Under the pieces are notes generated by a model. That model was not told the DNA's origin. It ran no database searches and saw only the letters and a program-made list of their open reading frames with translations. Below, one piece after another: positions 26,349 to 39,647 of a DNA stretch of 64,000 bases (its first letter is position 1; the number at the start of each line of letters is the position of its first letter). Origin of the DNA: Macrostomum lignano (Eukaryota); assembly GCA_002269645.1 (NCBI GenBank), contig NIVC01000059.1:62001-126000 (forward strand), written 5' to 3'. Both the position numbers and the translations under genes were made by a program.

Positions 26349-26624
26349 TGTTCCCAAACTAAGCGTATAGAACTAGAGCGTATACACAAATTTGGCTTAT
26401 TTCAATTGTGCTTGAATGCTCAAAGCTTTTAGACATGAAAATTTGGACAATATTTGAGGAGTAGTAATTAGTGCGCCATCTCAATAGGGCTCCATTATAT
26501 AGGTATTATTGTATCTGATATAGGAACCAATGCATTTTAGTATATTTTTGATAGTATAATAATGATAAGAATAATAATAATACCTACACTAATTGGCAAC
26601 CAACAGCTCAGCCGAAGCTATTGC

Positions 26625-26826
26625 ACAGCATATCTGAAGGACTGGGGGTTTGCCACATACCCTTAATTACCCCAGCTAATGCTGGCACCCATTTTACAGC
26701 TGGGTGAACTGAAGCAATGCAGAGTTAAGCATCTTGCTCAAGGACACAAATTGTTCCAAGTAGGTCAAGAGTTAAACCCCCAACTTTTCAGTTGTGAGTC
26801 CAATGCTTTAACCACTGCTACAACCC
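26625..26826 (-). mobile_element. tRNA-derived SINE with a CORE-like domain (decayed copy)
   Basis: The minus strand starts ggttgtagcagtggttaaagc (A-box-like) followed by ggtttaactc (B-box-like). The plus strand cccattttacagctgggtgaactgaagcaatgcagagttaagcatcttgctcaaggacaca resembles the antisense MIR/CORE consensus. Confidence 0.6.
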
Positions 26827-26980
26827 TCCTAATATGAGGCAAAACCTAGAGTCAAAAAGGTCAAACTTCATTTTTACAATAAAAGTAAATTAGATTGCTT
26901 AATGAAAAGCACATAGATTAAACAGAATAAATATATGTAAACTTCTATTATTTTATGGCCAATGTATTTCATTGATTATG

Positions 26981-27055
26981 GATATTTTCAGGGCCAGTAA
27001 ATTTTTTTAAACGAAAATCTATTGTTAAAGAAATTTTACTGGCCCTGAAAATATC
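26981..27055. other. 75-bp hairpin with a perfect 21-bp stem (pre-miRNA or micro-MITE candidate)
   Basis: gatattttcagggccagtaaa (26981-27001) is the exact reverse complement of tttactggccctgaaaatatc (27035-27055). Confidence 0.55.
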
Positions 27056-28946
27056 TACAATAGAAATTTCATATTGATTTGATTTGATAAATTGGCAAAA
27101 GTTGAAAATGTAAGCTGAATACAAAGGTCTACTAGTACCTAGTATTATATAAAGTTATTAGAAATTAATTAATATTTACTTATGGGAAAAATTTGGCTAG
27201 AGATTATAGCAGAACTTTAATATACACTATGAGTAGTAAAGTACCTATTATAGTATTAGGCCTTTGTCTACATGCTTAGCTAATAGATAACCTATAGTAA
27301 TGCTTTAAATATCAAAAGCAAATCTATAGGTGCTCAGATCAGCCTTATAAATAAGGATTTTATTGAGGATCTTGTGACTTGCCAATAAGCCTATAAAAAG
27401 CAATTTTGCATAAAAAGTAGGCTTCTGCAAATGAATAACTTTTCAATAAAATTATATAAGGCCTAGAATCAAAAGCAACAATGTATTAAAAAATCTTGTC
27501 TATAAAGAAATATTTTTACATATATTTGATTTTCATTGGAATCATAATAAACCATGTCATCTTTTTCATAGAAAAAGCTTATTGATTAAAAAACTGCAAT
27601 ACAAATATCTTTTTACATAGAAAAATAAGACTTAGCAAAATAAAACAACTAAAAAATGATTATTCAAAATCATACTGCAACTGCTATCCCTTTAATGCTG
27701 GTTACTTCCTTATCTTATGAATATATATATAAATACATATATTAACTAAAAATAGTAACTTTATGGTTTCTATGCTTTTTGGAACCTAGTATTTTAATAC
27801 CCTAGATTGCTTTTTGATAGCTTAGTTTATAACCTAAAAATAATAAAAAAGTAATCTAATAACAAAATAATAAACACTCTACAAAACTTTTTTCTTATGA
27901 AAATAGTATTTATTTCATTTGATTTGCTATATCTTATATATACTTATATGCACTAAGTGTACTAAAAAACATAGTTAGATAAAGATAAAATCTATCAATT
28001 AGGTTTTCAACTCTTAGTCCAAAGTTTTTCTAAGGTTTTCAATTTCAACTCTAATCAACTACTAAGTCTAAGATATAGTTTTGATCAAAATTACAAATCT
28101 TATAAATTTTGATCAAAATTATAAAATGTGACAAATTTATTTTAGTCTTTAGTGTTGATTTCTCAAGTCATATGCTTATGTTCGATTTTATAAGAAATTG
28201 AGACAAAAATCCTAATAAATAAATCTTTTCAATCAAGTCAAAAAATAAAACAGCAAATCAACTTAACAAAATAAATAATACTAATACCTAATACCCTTAG
28301 TTATTTATAGTAGGCCTAAAGGGGTATTACAAAGCATTATCTATTACATTAGAGCTTCTAAAGGCCTATTTTATATTCTATATTTAATTTTAATTTTATT
28401 TATAATTTAGTAGTCACTTTAAAACAAATTAGGGCATCAAACTACTATTTATTTGAACTGCAAATTTTAGAGAAATCATTAAATTAACAGATTGCCTAAC
28501 TTTTTCTAGGCATATTTTAAAAAGTATTATTATTATTATAAAATTCTAATAGCCTATTTAAATCTTGGGATCTTCTACTTTAACATATCTGATCATTGTC
28601 TTAAAAAGTTGCACTTGAAGGTCAATAAATAAATGTCTAATGGGTAGGCATAAGGCCCTAGGCCATAGTTTGGATTATGGAATAGTATATACTGGGTTTA
28701 ATGCCAGAAAAATTAACAAGACCTCATTTGTATACACTGGATTTATGGGCCAATATAAAAATTTGTCATTTGATATAATGTATTTATTGCATCATATACA
28801 CCAGGATATATACCCTGATATATGCTAAAAAATAGTAAAAGCCTTGTTGTAAGCTAGGAAATCCTAGCATAAATGTTGCCTTCCATACTAGGCCTATGGG
28901 GCAAGGGGTATAGGCTCCATCCAAAATTGTCATATTTGAGATCATG

Positions 28947-30496
28947 CTGAAGTGAAACAAAGGTGCTATTAGCAAGAGGATGGGAGAAATCAGCCGACAC
29001 GCGTGTGATGCGTGAACAAGCATCCAGCCTTGTTAGCAACTCCCTAGATGCACAAGATCTGCATGCCTAAAAATAGTCCTGATGATCGGCGAGCAAGAAG
29101 CCCAGCCATGCGACCCTCGCGTGATGCATGCACAACCTCTGACCGACACTGCCTATTGGGCCTCGAAATCCCACTCTCTCTCCCTACTGCTCCTATTCCT
29201 CGTTGCTCGCGTATAATGTGCTAGCTTATAAAATATACTGATTGAAGAGGAAAGATCCTCGCCTGAAGTTTGAGAATGTGACTCTAGAGATCACACAGAG
29301 AAAGTTACCATCGAGTCCATAGTTCATTGTCTTCCTAAACTGTTGGCAGAAGGAAACGATAAATATGGGAAAAACCCATATAAATTGTCATTTCAATTGG
29401 TTCCACTGACCGCGTGAGTCACCGCTAGACAGAAGTCTCAGACACACCGTGCACAGTTATTGCTCTGCTGCATGTCTTCAACAGCCATCCGAGTGAATCG
29501 AGAACTGAGACTTTCCTGCCTTCAGTAAAGGAAAACTTCGAACTAGACAAGACCAATGGGGGAAGATCAAGAAGCGACGCAGTTTACCCTTCCAAGAAGA
29601 AACTTTCGTTGAGAGATCTACACAATCAATTTGGTCAAGACGATATTTTTTATGTCCTATTTAACTGCAATGTACCTTCAGCCAGCATCCCGATCTGACT
29701 GTCTACCAGACGCTGTTTCAATTTGTCGAGTCTCCGTGTCCAGTCCTATTTGCGTCACTGTTTAGGGCATCGAAAAGCCCATTCAATTTGTCGAGTTTCC
29801 GAGTTCACGTCAATCCCCCTTTCAGATCTGATTAAATAGTCAAGAGGATATGCTGGTACAATTCATCCACTGTTGTCACAAGTTCACTTTGCCCTTTGAC
29901 CAAGTTTCGTGTTTCAACAACATCAACTCAACTGCAAGTTACCAAGCGGGACTGCATATCGCAAGCAAATGCACAACTGTACGCCATGTTATCATTGCTC
30001 CAAGCTTATTTTCAACAGAGCTCGGAGGGCCTTGCTTCCCTGAAAAAAGAGCGACTGAAGTGAAATGAAGGCGCCGTTAGCAAGAGGATGGGAGAAATCA
30101 GCCGACACGCGTGTGATGCGTGAACAAGCATCTAGCCTTGTTAGCAACTTCCCAGATGCACAAGATCTGCATGCCTAAAAATAGTCCTGATGATCGGCAA
30201 GCAAGAAGCCCAGCCATGCGACCCTCGCGTGATGCATGCACAACCTCTGACCAACACTGCCTATTGGGCCTCGAAATCCCACTCTCTCTCCCTACTGCTC
30301 CTATTCCTCGTTGCTCGCATATAATGTGCTAGCTTATAAAATATACTGATTGAAGAGGAAAGATCCTCGCCTGAAGTTTGAGAATGTGACTCTAGAGATC
30401 CACACAAAGAAAGTTATCATCGAGTCCATAGTTTGTTGTCTTCCTGAACTGTTGGCAGAAAGAAACAATAAATATGGGAAAACCCATATAAATTGT
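28947..30496. mobile_element. About 440-bp direct repeats (28947-29388 and 30055-30496) flanking about 670 bp; TRIM/LTR-like element or local duplication
   Basis: The copies align at an offset of about 1108 bp and look about 90% identical by eye. Copy 1 has TG...CA ends and a purine run precedes copy 2. No TSD seen. Confidence 0.45.
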
Positions 30497-30511
30497 TGTT
30501 TTAATGCTTGG

Positions 30512-30667
30512 GCGCAACCTGGGGATTCACTCGGCCATTTCTATTGGCAACATACACATGTAAGTTGTTATTGGATGGAATAGTAGTCACGTGACTGCTC
30601 TCAGCCAATAGCGACTTACATGTGTATGTTGCCAATAGAAATGGCCAGGTGATTCCCAAAGTTGCGC
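30512..30667. repeat. 156-bp palindrome (hairpin MITE-like) centred on agtcacgtgact
   Basis: The arm gcgcaacc...ggccatttctattggcaacatacacatgtaagt pairs with acttacatgtgtatgttgccaatagaaatggcc...gttgcgc. Confidence 0.75.
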
Positions 30668-33600
30668 ATGTATGTTTGAGATTGTCATATGCAGGTTACA
30701 AAAAAAACAACTAAATTATCTAAATCATTGTCCCTGCATTTAGACAGTGCTAGATTCATTAAATCATCATATTATATTTCATTTTCTGTGCAAGGATCTC
30801 AGCTTTCTTAGCAACAACATGTTCTTATTTGACAATTATGATTTTCAATTTTTAATTACATATTACATTCATACTATCTACTTAAAAGATGCAAAGCCTT
30901 GGACTAATTCCTATATTATAGTTAATAGTCTAGCTGAATTTCAAGGTTTAACCAAAGAATACTGAGCTAATATTAGCATAGTATTCTTTGGGTTTAACTA
31001 GGAATGAATGATAGAAAGATTATATTGTAATGGTTTGAATTTGATAACTCTATAATTAGAAGCAGATGTTTTTTAAACTTTATTAAAGATAAAATTCCTT
31101 AACTATTATAAAAATTTGCTTTAATTTATTTTAGGGTCCTATGTTATTTTGTTTAACTTGGTTTTAACTTTCAATTCTAAGAAATTTGATGAATTTGTCA
31201 TATTTAAATAGTAAAGTCATAGATTGATTGGCCAAGTCATCAATATTATCATCATATTACAATTTAGAATATGACAATTTCAACCATGTCCATACCCAGG
31301 CTATAGGCCTAGCCTACAAAATGACATGGCTTAAAATATTTGACTTTGGTTCTGGAACATTTTGTTAAAACCTTTTTGTCAAAAGACAAGAGCCTTTTAA
31401 TTAAATCGGCCTAGGCCTTAGTCAATTTGTCATTTTGTCAAAGCAAATGGTAGAAAGTAGATATTAAAAAATTCAATTGAAATAAACACTCTATTGTCTT
31501 TAATAAATTAAGACATGCATAGATTGAAAAGGGGCATTTGAGCATTTTTAAAAAAAAGTTTTTTTAAAGAAAAAAGCAAGATAGGCCTATGCCCTATGGT
31601 CCTGACTTATAACTTCAACTTACTTAGCCTTAGGGCTAAGGCCTATGCCTATGCCTATTGCTTGCTTTTTTCAAAATTAATAACCTAAAAGGAAGTGTAG
31701 AAAATGAAAAGAAAAAATAATAGGCCTATTATTGAAGTTGTAACAAAAATTCTATGACTTATGACTAGGGCCTAGGCCTATGCAATCAGATGTAAAATGC
31801 CAATCGATTGCACAAGATCTCTGCTCGAGGTCTAGATAATCGTAATATTTCGAAAGAATTTTTTAACGCCAGGCCTAACACCAACGGTTGTTAGGCCTAG
31901 ACAATAGACATACGTCATAGGATTAAGTAAAGCTTTGAGTCTTGACCTTATACTTTTAGTTAGGACTAGCTAGTAGAGTTAATTCTGTATCTCAGGAGTC
32001 AGTTTGTCTAAATAGAGTTTAAGTGTATGCGCAAGGCCATGATAATTTGAAGTTACAAGTAGCGAGTAAAGGTGTGCCACCAACCAACCTATATTTCGCG
32101 CTGTAGGCCTTTACGTGCTCTGAACAGACTATGCTCGTGCTTCACGCTTCAACACAATCACGTTTTAAGTAAACAAACACAATCCGGGGAGTTTTTTCAT
32201 TAATTAAAATAAATTAGGTTTTCGCTTCACATTATATTAATACAACTAACAATAATACCCTGTAAAATCAGTATTTAAATACAATAACTATTATATGAAA
32301 TATAACTAATGCTTAGTGTGCATATTACGTCTGCCGATTTTTTCCCAAGGACCAATAGAAGACAAAGCTGTTCTTCTAGTGGGGTCGTTCTCAAAGCTAG
32401 GTCACAACTTTTTGTTATTGCAAAAAAAGTTTATACATCGACCAATAATCGTACAAAAAAAATTATTTCGACAATTTCTGTAAGAAGCTGCTACTAAAAC
32501 CACAAGAAAACTTGAAATTGAGAAGAAATCAAGGCTATTTGTTATTCTTTGTTGCGGAAAATAAACGACAAAAATATTAAAGAGAAAATAAAATTTTTTT
32601 CTATTTTTATTTTAAATATGCAGTTAAATTTCTTTTGCAAAAATAAAAGAACAAGAAATTGACAAAGGAAATGTTTTTGAGCACAGCATTTTGTTACTCT
32701 GCTCTAAATCCCAGTGTCACGTTATTGGCGTAGCGGCCAGCTATGCGGTGACCCTTAAAAGGGCCGTTTTAGTCCCAAAATAAGTTGAAGTCAATTCTTG
32801 TAAAGCGGATTTTGTAGCGGAGCACTTGGCGATAAAGGCAGGAACTGCCGTAGTTGTCTTTATTGTTAATATCAGTATTAAGTTTGGTTGTTACTGGCAA
32901 TAAACAGACTATAGCTTTCTGGGCACTGGCGGCTGCAGCAATGGGTTGAATATAATTTGGATATGAAGTCAAGTGGCAGGCGAATGACACAATGGCGACG
33001 TGACGTGAGCAGTGGCTATGAGCACAGTGAAGGCAGTGAAACGTAGTGGTGAGTTGGCGTCGGTCGTGGCGTGAACCAGTCAAGTAAGTGTGTGAGCAGG
33101 CTGGCCCAGACAGAAGGGCCGTGGTGAGAAATAAGGAGGCTCGAGGCAGCCAGACAAACAGATAAGACAGCTAAGAGGCCGCAGGGAAGGAAACAAGGAA
33201 CAGGCGGGGAGAGACGAAAAAGCGTGAGGGGTGCCCGCCGCCAGGCGGGGGGTTTAATAAAAGAGCGCAGAGGGGGGTAGCGCGAGCACGAGTGATTTCA
33301 TTGGCTGGCGAGAGAACTTAAAATTATCGATCGTGCAAATTTTATACGGTTGCGAGAGAGGATAGCAAAATATACAATGAATTATAAATTGCCACAAAAT
33401 CGTTGGGCACTACTAAAAGTAAACGTCGCAATAAACGAATGGAAAAGTTTAGTTGAAACGGTGAAACTGAAGGGTTGAATGACTATGGAGAACAGCAGTC
33501 CAACGGCCCTTTTCGGGACCACCTTAAACTGACAACGTCACACCCAGACATTTAAAATTATCGTGTGCGAAAAAGTGCGAAATTATTATAGCATGCACTC

Positions 33601-33839
33601 GAAAGGACTTCGATCAGTTTAACTAATCACTGAATTAAGAAGTCTAAATAAGTCTTGAAAAGTTGAATTAAAAATCAAGTTTTCACTATGTATCTTTTCA
33701 AAGTCAAGATGATTCGACAAATAAAGAATGTTCATTTTTACGGTGAATAGAATTGTTCATTTTTACATTAAATATAATAAAATCTAACTAATAATAGAAA
33801 AAGTCAGGGAACTATCCTTGAACACCAAAAAGCACATTG

Positions 33840-36385
33840 CCCTAGATGAAATCGTCATGCCATTTCTTAGCAGATCTGTCTGGAGCTTCTCGCTACGTTC
33901 TTGCAAGAACGTAACAGATCTGCACTATTAAAATATATAGGCAGAACTTACAAGATCTGCAGGAAGATCTTGCACGGTCTGCACGAGCAGATCTTAGGAG
34001 ATCTGGGCAGATCTTGTAAGATGTATTAAGCTTTACCAATTGAATGCATTGTCCGTCTTATCAAATCTTCCCAGATCTGTTTAGAAATCCATTTATAAAA
34101 CCCCAATGCACTAATTTAATTCCAATAAAGAACACGGGTTATGACAGGACTTTCTTATTTGATTCTGCACTTTTAGTATTGTGCTAGTAAGCTGCCAGAA
34201 CAAAAGCAAATGTCATTGAACAATCAAAATAAAGTAGACATATTTATTTGTGAAAATGTAAACAAATACACATATATGCTCATGAAATAAAACTTGTATG
34301 CACAAGGGAAATAGCACAAGCAAAAAATAAGTCAACTTCAAAACAAAAGTTAAGCACACACTCAATAGAAAAAATACTAATGGTACAATGGACTAATGAA
34401 ATTAGGGTGAGCAATACTTTTAGCAACTAAAAAATAGAAGCAGAAACATTTGAAAAAAACCAGGTGCATCTTTTACTGCAATGTACAATTAAATTGGTTT
34501 GCAAATAATTGAAACTGAAAGAGTCCAGTACTGAAAGATTTTAAAGTCAATATTGCTAGAAAGCTTACTTTGTTATCAATAAAAGTAGGTCTATAAGAGC
34601 TCTTAGTAATACTTTAGGGCTCTTTATTATGTTGCATTTTTACTTTAGGCTGGCTTCATTTTTTCTTTTAGCAATCATAGGATGCTTGCCACTTTGCCAC
34701 TTGGTATAAAGACAAGCTTGGAACCCATAAGTAGCGATGCCATATTGACCATGTAAAGTAGCTGCAATGAAAAGGAAAATTGTAGTAAAGTTCTGGGATT
34801 TTAAACATTAATATTCAATTCAAAATAACTAAAATATAAAACGAATATCGCTGTTATGTTTTTAAATAGTTAGAGTAATAACTTTTGTAAAAGTTCTTTG
34901 GTCTAATTAAATTTAGACCTGTTTTTCTTCTATTCTATATTTTTCATATTATTCATCTAGGCCTATTTAGTATAAATACTTTTAGATTTTGCTATGCCTA
35001 TCTATATTCTTCAAATAGTAGGTCAAGGCTTAAGATAACTTTCTGACAACCATAAGCCTATATTTAAGCATCTAGGTTTAATTTTAATTCATAAAAACTA
35101 TACCCTATATAGCAATTAAAATTTTAGTAGAGTAGGGCCTATTTTATTTTAAAATTAAAATGATAAGCCTAGTTATAACACTATTTACTAAAAATAGACA
35201 TTACACTCTTAACCTAAGTGTTTAAAATCAAGGAGGGATTAAAACCAAGTTTTACAGATATGTCAGTCTACCTATTTATAAATCTAGATAAGCATATATA
35301 AAACAAACAAAAACAGAATCGACCTATTTAATTAAGATTTACTTACTAGCTGGGTCACTAGAACTAGCCTAGCCCTAGCCTAGGGGCTAGAACTAGGTAT
35401 GTATATATAAATATAATATAATGAAATGCAAAAGACTACAAAAAATACTGATCTATGTAGGTAACTGAATTTCTGAATTATTAATGAATTAATGAATTAT
35501 TAATGGACAACATCACTAGGTCTAGACATGCATTCTGTTTCTATTAAAGCATAGAACAAAGTCATAGGCCTAGGCCTACTCATACTTATAGGCCTGGGAG
35601 TAGGAGACAAGCCTAGATATATATATGATATAGATATATATATAGCATACATTTTATAGTCAGTCTGTCAATTATGTCAAATTTTTTTAATTCATGACGC
35701 AATCTGCTCTTCATTTAAAGCCATGCTATACTCAATCAAAAAAGTTATTATGGCTAAAAAAGTAAAAAATAGTGATACTACACTATGAAACAATTTAAGG
35801 AATTAAAAATTACTTGTTCGGCTAAGTCGAAAGAAAGAACTGAGATGGATGGATAAATTGCAAGAGCGAGAATTCAAACTATAAGGGTCCACTATGTTCA
35901 GAACTGCGGAAAGAATATTTAAACAAATTCATTTACTGTTGGCTGCCAGAAGAACAACTAAAATAAATACAAATCATTAAAAAAACGTAATTACTATTAT
36001 GTTAAATATTTTGTGGAAAAAAACAATTCAGACACTTTTCAAAACTGGTCTGTACAGATCTGCAAGAACTGATCTGACAAGATCCAGCAGAGAAATGTGA
36101 AAATATACGAAAGTCTTTTTTCTGATATACAGTTGAAAATTTTGTTTTCTCTTTACCTAATAAGTATTTTCTAAAAATCACGAATGTTTTCTACGTACCA
36201 AACAATAAAAAATGGCTTGCAAAGATTTGTAAGATCTTGTAAGACAAAAGCAGATACAGATCTGCTAAGAGATTTAAGTAAGAACAGATCTGTTAAGAAT
36301 GTGTTAACCAAAATTCACAGATCTGCTAAGAAATTTAAGTAAGAACAGATCTGCCAAGAATGAGTAAACAGAACTTCATCTAGGG
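33840..36385. mobile_element. Non-autonomous CMC/CACTA(EnSpm)-type DNA transposon
   Basis: Termini CCCTAGATGAA...TTCATCTAGGG fit the CMCWR consensus. Imperfect TIRs extend to ttctt(a/g)gcagatctg. CAGATCTG subterminal repeats are clustered at both ends and a 2-bp TG flanks both sides. No transposase ORF. Confidence 0.65.
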
Positions 36386-39300
36386 TGTGGATTTAATATC
36401 AACTGCATGTTCCTTAATAAAGGAATTCGGATTCTAGTATATATTTGATTATTTGTAGCATAATTTCTGAAAACTATAACTTGCTTGATTTTACTTTAAG
36501 TACTTATTACATTAATACTTATACCAAAGCTGCATGTACTTAAAATAAAAAATTATAGTTACTTATTAGACATTTTACTCCAATTAACTTAAAATAATTC
36601 AAATTTATTTTAATCAATTCATTTTTTGAAACTTTTTGGAAAATAGACAAAATTGAATTATTTAATTACCAAAAACCTACTAGCTTAACTAAAAAAGCAG
36701 TTAGTCTTTAAAAAAAGATTTCACTTGTTAATTGAGAAAAATGAGGGTGTGCGAGGTGTAAAAATGCGAAAGAGCATGCAGGAAACAGAGACAAACAAAA
36801 ATGTAGGTAAAAGACACTGCACATGCACATAATATGATAACCAGACATAATGCGCACACTGAAACACCAGTAGCAATGACGCCCAAGCTTTTGATGATCA
36901 CAAGCGAAAAGGCAAAACCCAGCCATCAATCAAAGAAGTAGACTATAGCACGCATCTTGAGTGCATCACGCATTTTTTGCAGAGAAGCTCGAAAATTAAC
37001 ATTGTATTCTGTGCACAACCACCAACTGCGACAGGGTCTGCCGGGGGATTTGTGGGCACGCGGTCGCGGATACAAATCGGAGGAGTCGCTGACCATTCTG
37101 AAATTACTAGCTAGTACATGTAATTTTGTGTATTAATATATTTAGCCCGCTTTATTTCTATGCTCTCGTCCGCCTCTCGTTAATGCATCCCCAGACTCAT
37201 GGAATAATCAAACTTATGATCGAACTATGCATGGCTTCCGTCCCTCGCTTTGAATCTCTCACCTCCCCATAGTTCCATCAACCTTACCGTAGTGGCTTCC
37301 TATGCAAAAATCATCCCTCCGCATCTTACACAGGCTACTTCAGGCTGTAGACTGTACTACACTATTAATTAGTTGCGCTAAGGAATCTACATTTATTTGC
37401 TCGCAGCGCAACGCGCTGCTCAAAGAAGTTTAGATCTATCTAGATATTCTAGTAATTTCAGGTTTGTCCATAGACTAGAGCTCATGAGATGAGAATTCCA
37501 TTAACTAGTACATTTAATATGAATGAACTGCGTGTGTGTGTGCTGTGCATACATATGTATAATATACGAGTAGTTTATGGGCCAAATTATTGTGTGGCAC
37601 AATTCTTGGCATCACTCAGCAGGCACAAGATGCAGTTAAGCAGCGCACGAAAATTCTACAAAAGAAATTGAGCCTGGTTGAGGTGATGCGAGGAGGCAGA
37701 TCCACACAATCTCAGTGAATACACCAGACTGCACCAGATACGAGTCCAGTCGAATGTGCGCACTGGTCTAAGCAGCACACGCATGTCCTTCTGACAATGA
37801 CGGCACCTAGCTTCGTCCAAGCCTTTGCCAGCGTCACTGACAGCGTCAATACTACCATGCAGTGCCACCTGCAGCACCGACAACGGCAATTCCTCCAGTT
37901 AGCCCACAACAGTGGCTAAACTGAGGGACATGGAACCTACCCGCAGAAGACACACACATACACACACAGCACCGGCAGCAGCACTCTGACAGCATAACCT
38001 AAAGCTCCATGAGCTCAGTTTTCAAGCATTGAAGAAGCAGAAGCAGTCATCTTGAATCCAGGGATCAGGAAGAGTGTTGCATGTCCGACATGTGCTGTTT
38101 CCGTGGCAAAAGGTGATGGAGCAAATTAATCAACACTTACTATCTAGCTCGTATTAAGACTAAAAAACTGAGGCAAGCTGGGATTAAACCAAAGAAAATT
38201 TTTTACTATACTTTTTTACCATGTACTTTTACTATACTTCTATAGTATAGTAGAGAGGTACTCTATTTAAATGCAGTAAGAAGTGAAACAAATTTATATA
38301 TTTAATTATTAAAATTAAATTAATTCAAGGTAAATAACTAATTTAACCAATTTATTAGAAGTATTTAATATTTTAATAAATTGATTTTTATACCTTACAC
38401 GAAATAAGCTCTACATTCATTTCTTAGCTTGGGGCCCATCTGTATAAGGTCAGTTTCTTCAAAATGCTGATTAATTAATTAAGGCCTGTTGTCTTTACTT
38501 AAATTTATAAGGGCATCTTAGAAGTTAATATTACTATATAATACATGTATAATATTATTACTATATTATAATAATATAGTTGCAATTTTAATGACTATTG
38601 AATAAGTCTAAATGCTTCCCCTATTGACTCTAAATATATGGTATCTTTACCTTCAGAAAAAATTAGCATAGAATGACTTGATGAAAACAAAAAAAATCAT
38701 TTCGAGATACACATTTGCTGATCATTCAGGTCAAATTTCAAGGTCCAGTTTTGCACATGTTTCTCTGTAGCTTGGTTACAAGGATTTTAATAAAAATATA
38801 ATAAATATGTCCAATGTACTAACTGATACATAGCCAAATTGAAGTATTTTCAAAAACAAAAAAAATCATTTGCTCAGTTTACTTTACTGGATATCTGTGT
38901 AAAATTTCAGCTCAAAAGGTGCTCCATGGAGAATGCTAGTGTGGTTACAGGATATTTATTTTGTGCTTCAAAGTAGGAGTTTATTGCGATGCATGGTTGC
39001 TTTTAATTATTTTTATCAACAATAGTGCTCTATTTCATAACAATTTTTTACAAAAAGATAAAAAGACATGTTTTTCTAATTATCTGCATCAAAATGTATC
39101 ATTTTAAGCGCACATTCTAGACGTCAGCTGAAAAAATACATTTTGTGAGACGCAAAGAGGCTATCCCACCGGAAATGCTAGGCGTACAGTTAAGCGTCTA
39201 TAAAATCATTTATAGTGCAGTTTATTGAGCTTTAAAAAAATCTTAAATTAAATTTATATAAGCTTTAATTTTAAATGTAATATAGCAAGGTTTCAACACA

Positions 39301-39647
39301 ACAACAACTTTTTTTTAGCTACAGACATCTTGTAGTACCAAAAATTAACATCGGTGAAATGATTGAATTTGAATTTTTTCATCGCTAATTATCGCTTAAT
39401 ACCGCCAGATGATTAAAAAACACTTTTGCATGATAAAGTTTAACCCAAAAATTATCTTTATTCACAGATAAAAGTGTCCTATTATTTTCAATATGGCAGT
39501 AACAATAGTAAATGTTCGGAAAATTGTTAAAATTTTTGCTCCTCCTAGAATTTGCGAACGACCCAGTGGTCCTTGTTTTTTACTCCTAGTGCGAACCGAG
39601 GTTTTTGAGAACTTCTTAGCAAAACGTTAAGGCCAGCAATATATATA

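Noticed and set aside
26349-26357. ORF-track starts at TTG/GTG codons (IPO7 26357, EED 9557 and internal exons)
   Set aside because: These are prokaryotic-style start calls; the downstream ATG or splice acceptor is the supported boundary.
32715-33540. LTR or TIR element (TGTCACG start; aagggccgtt/aacggccctt inverted 10-mers)
   Set aside because: No matching terminus with a consistent TSD.
37650-38110. Cys-containing minus-strand ORFs as a decayed transposase or zinc-finger gene
   Set aside because: Composition suggests decayed coding DNA, but frames are broken and I could not recognise a diagnostic motif; a tblastn/HMMER search is needed.
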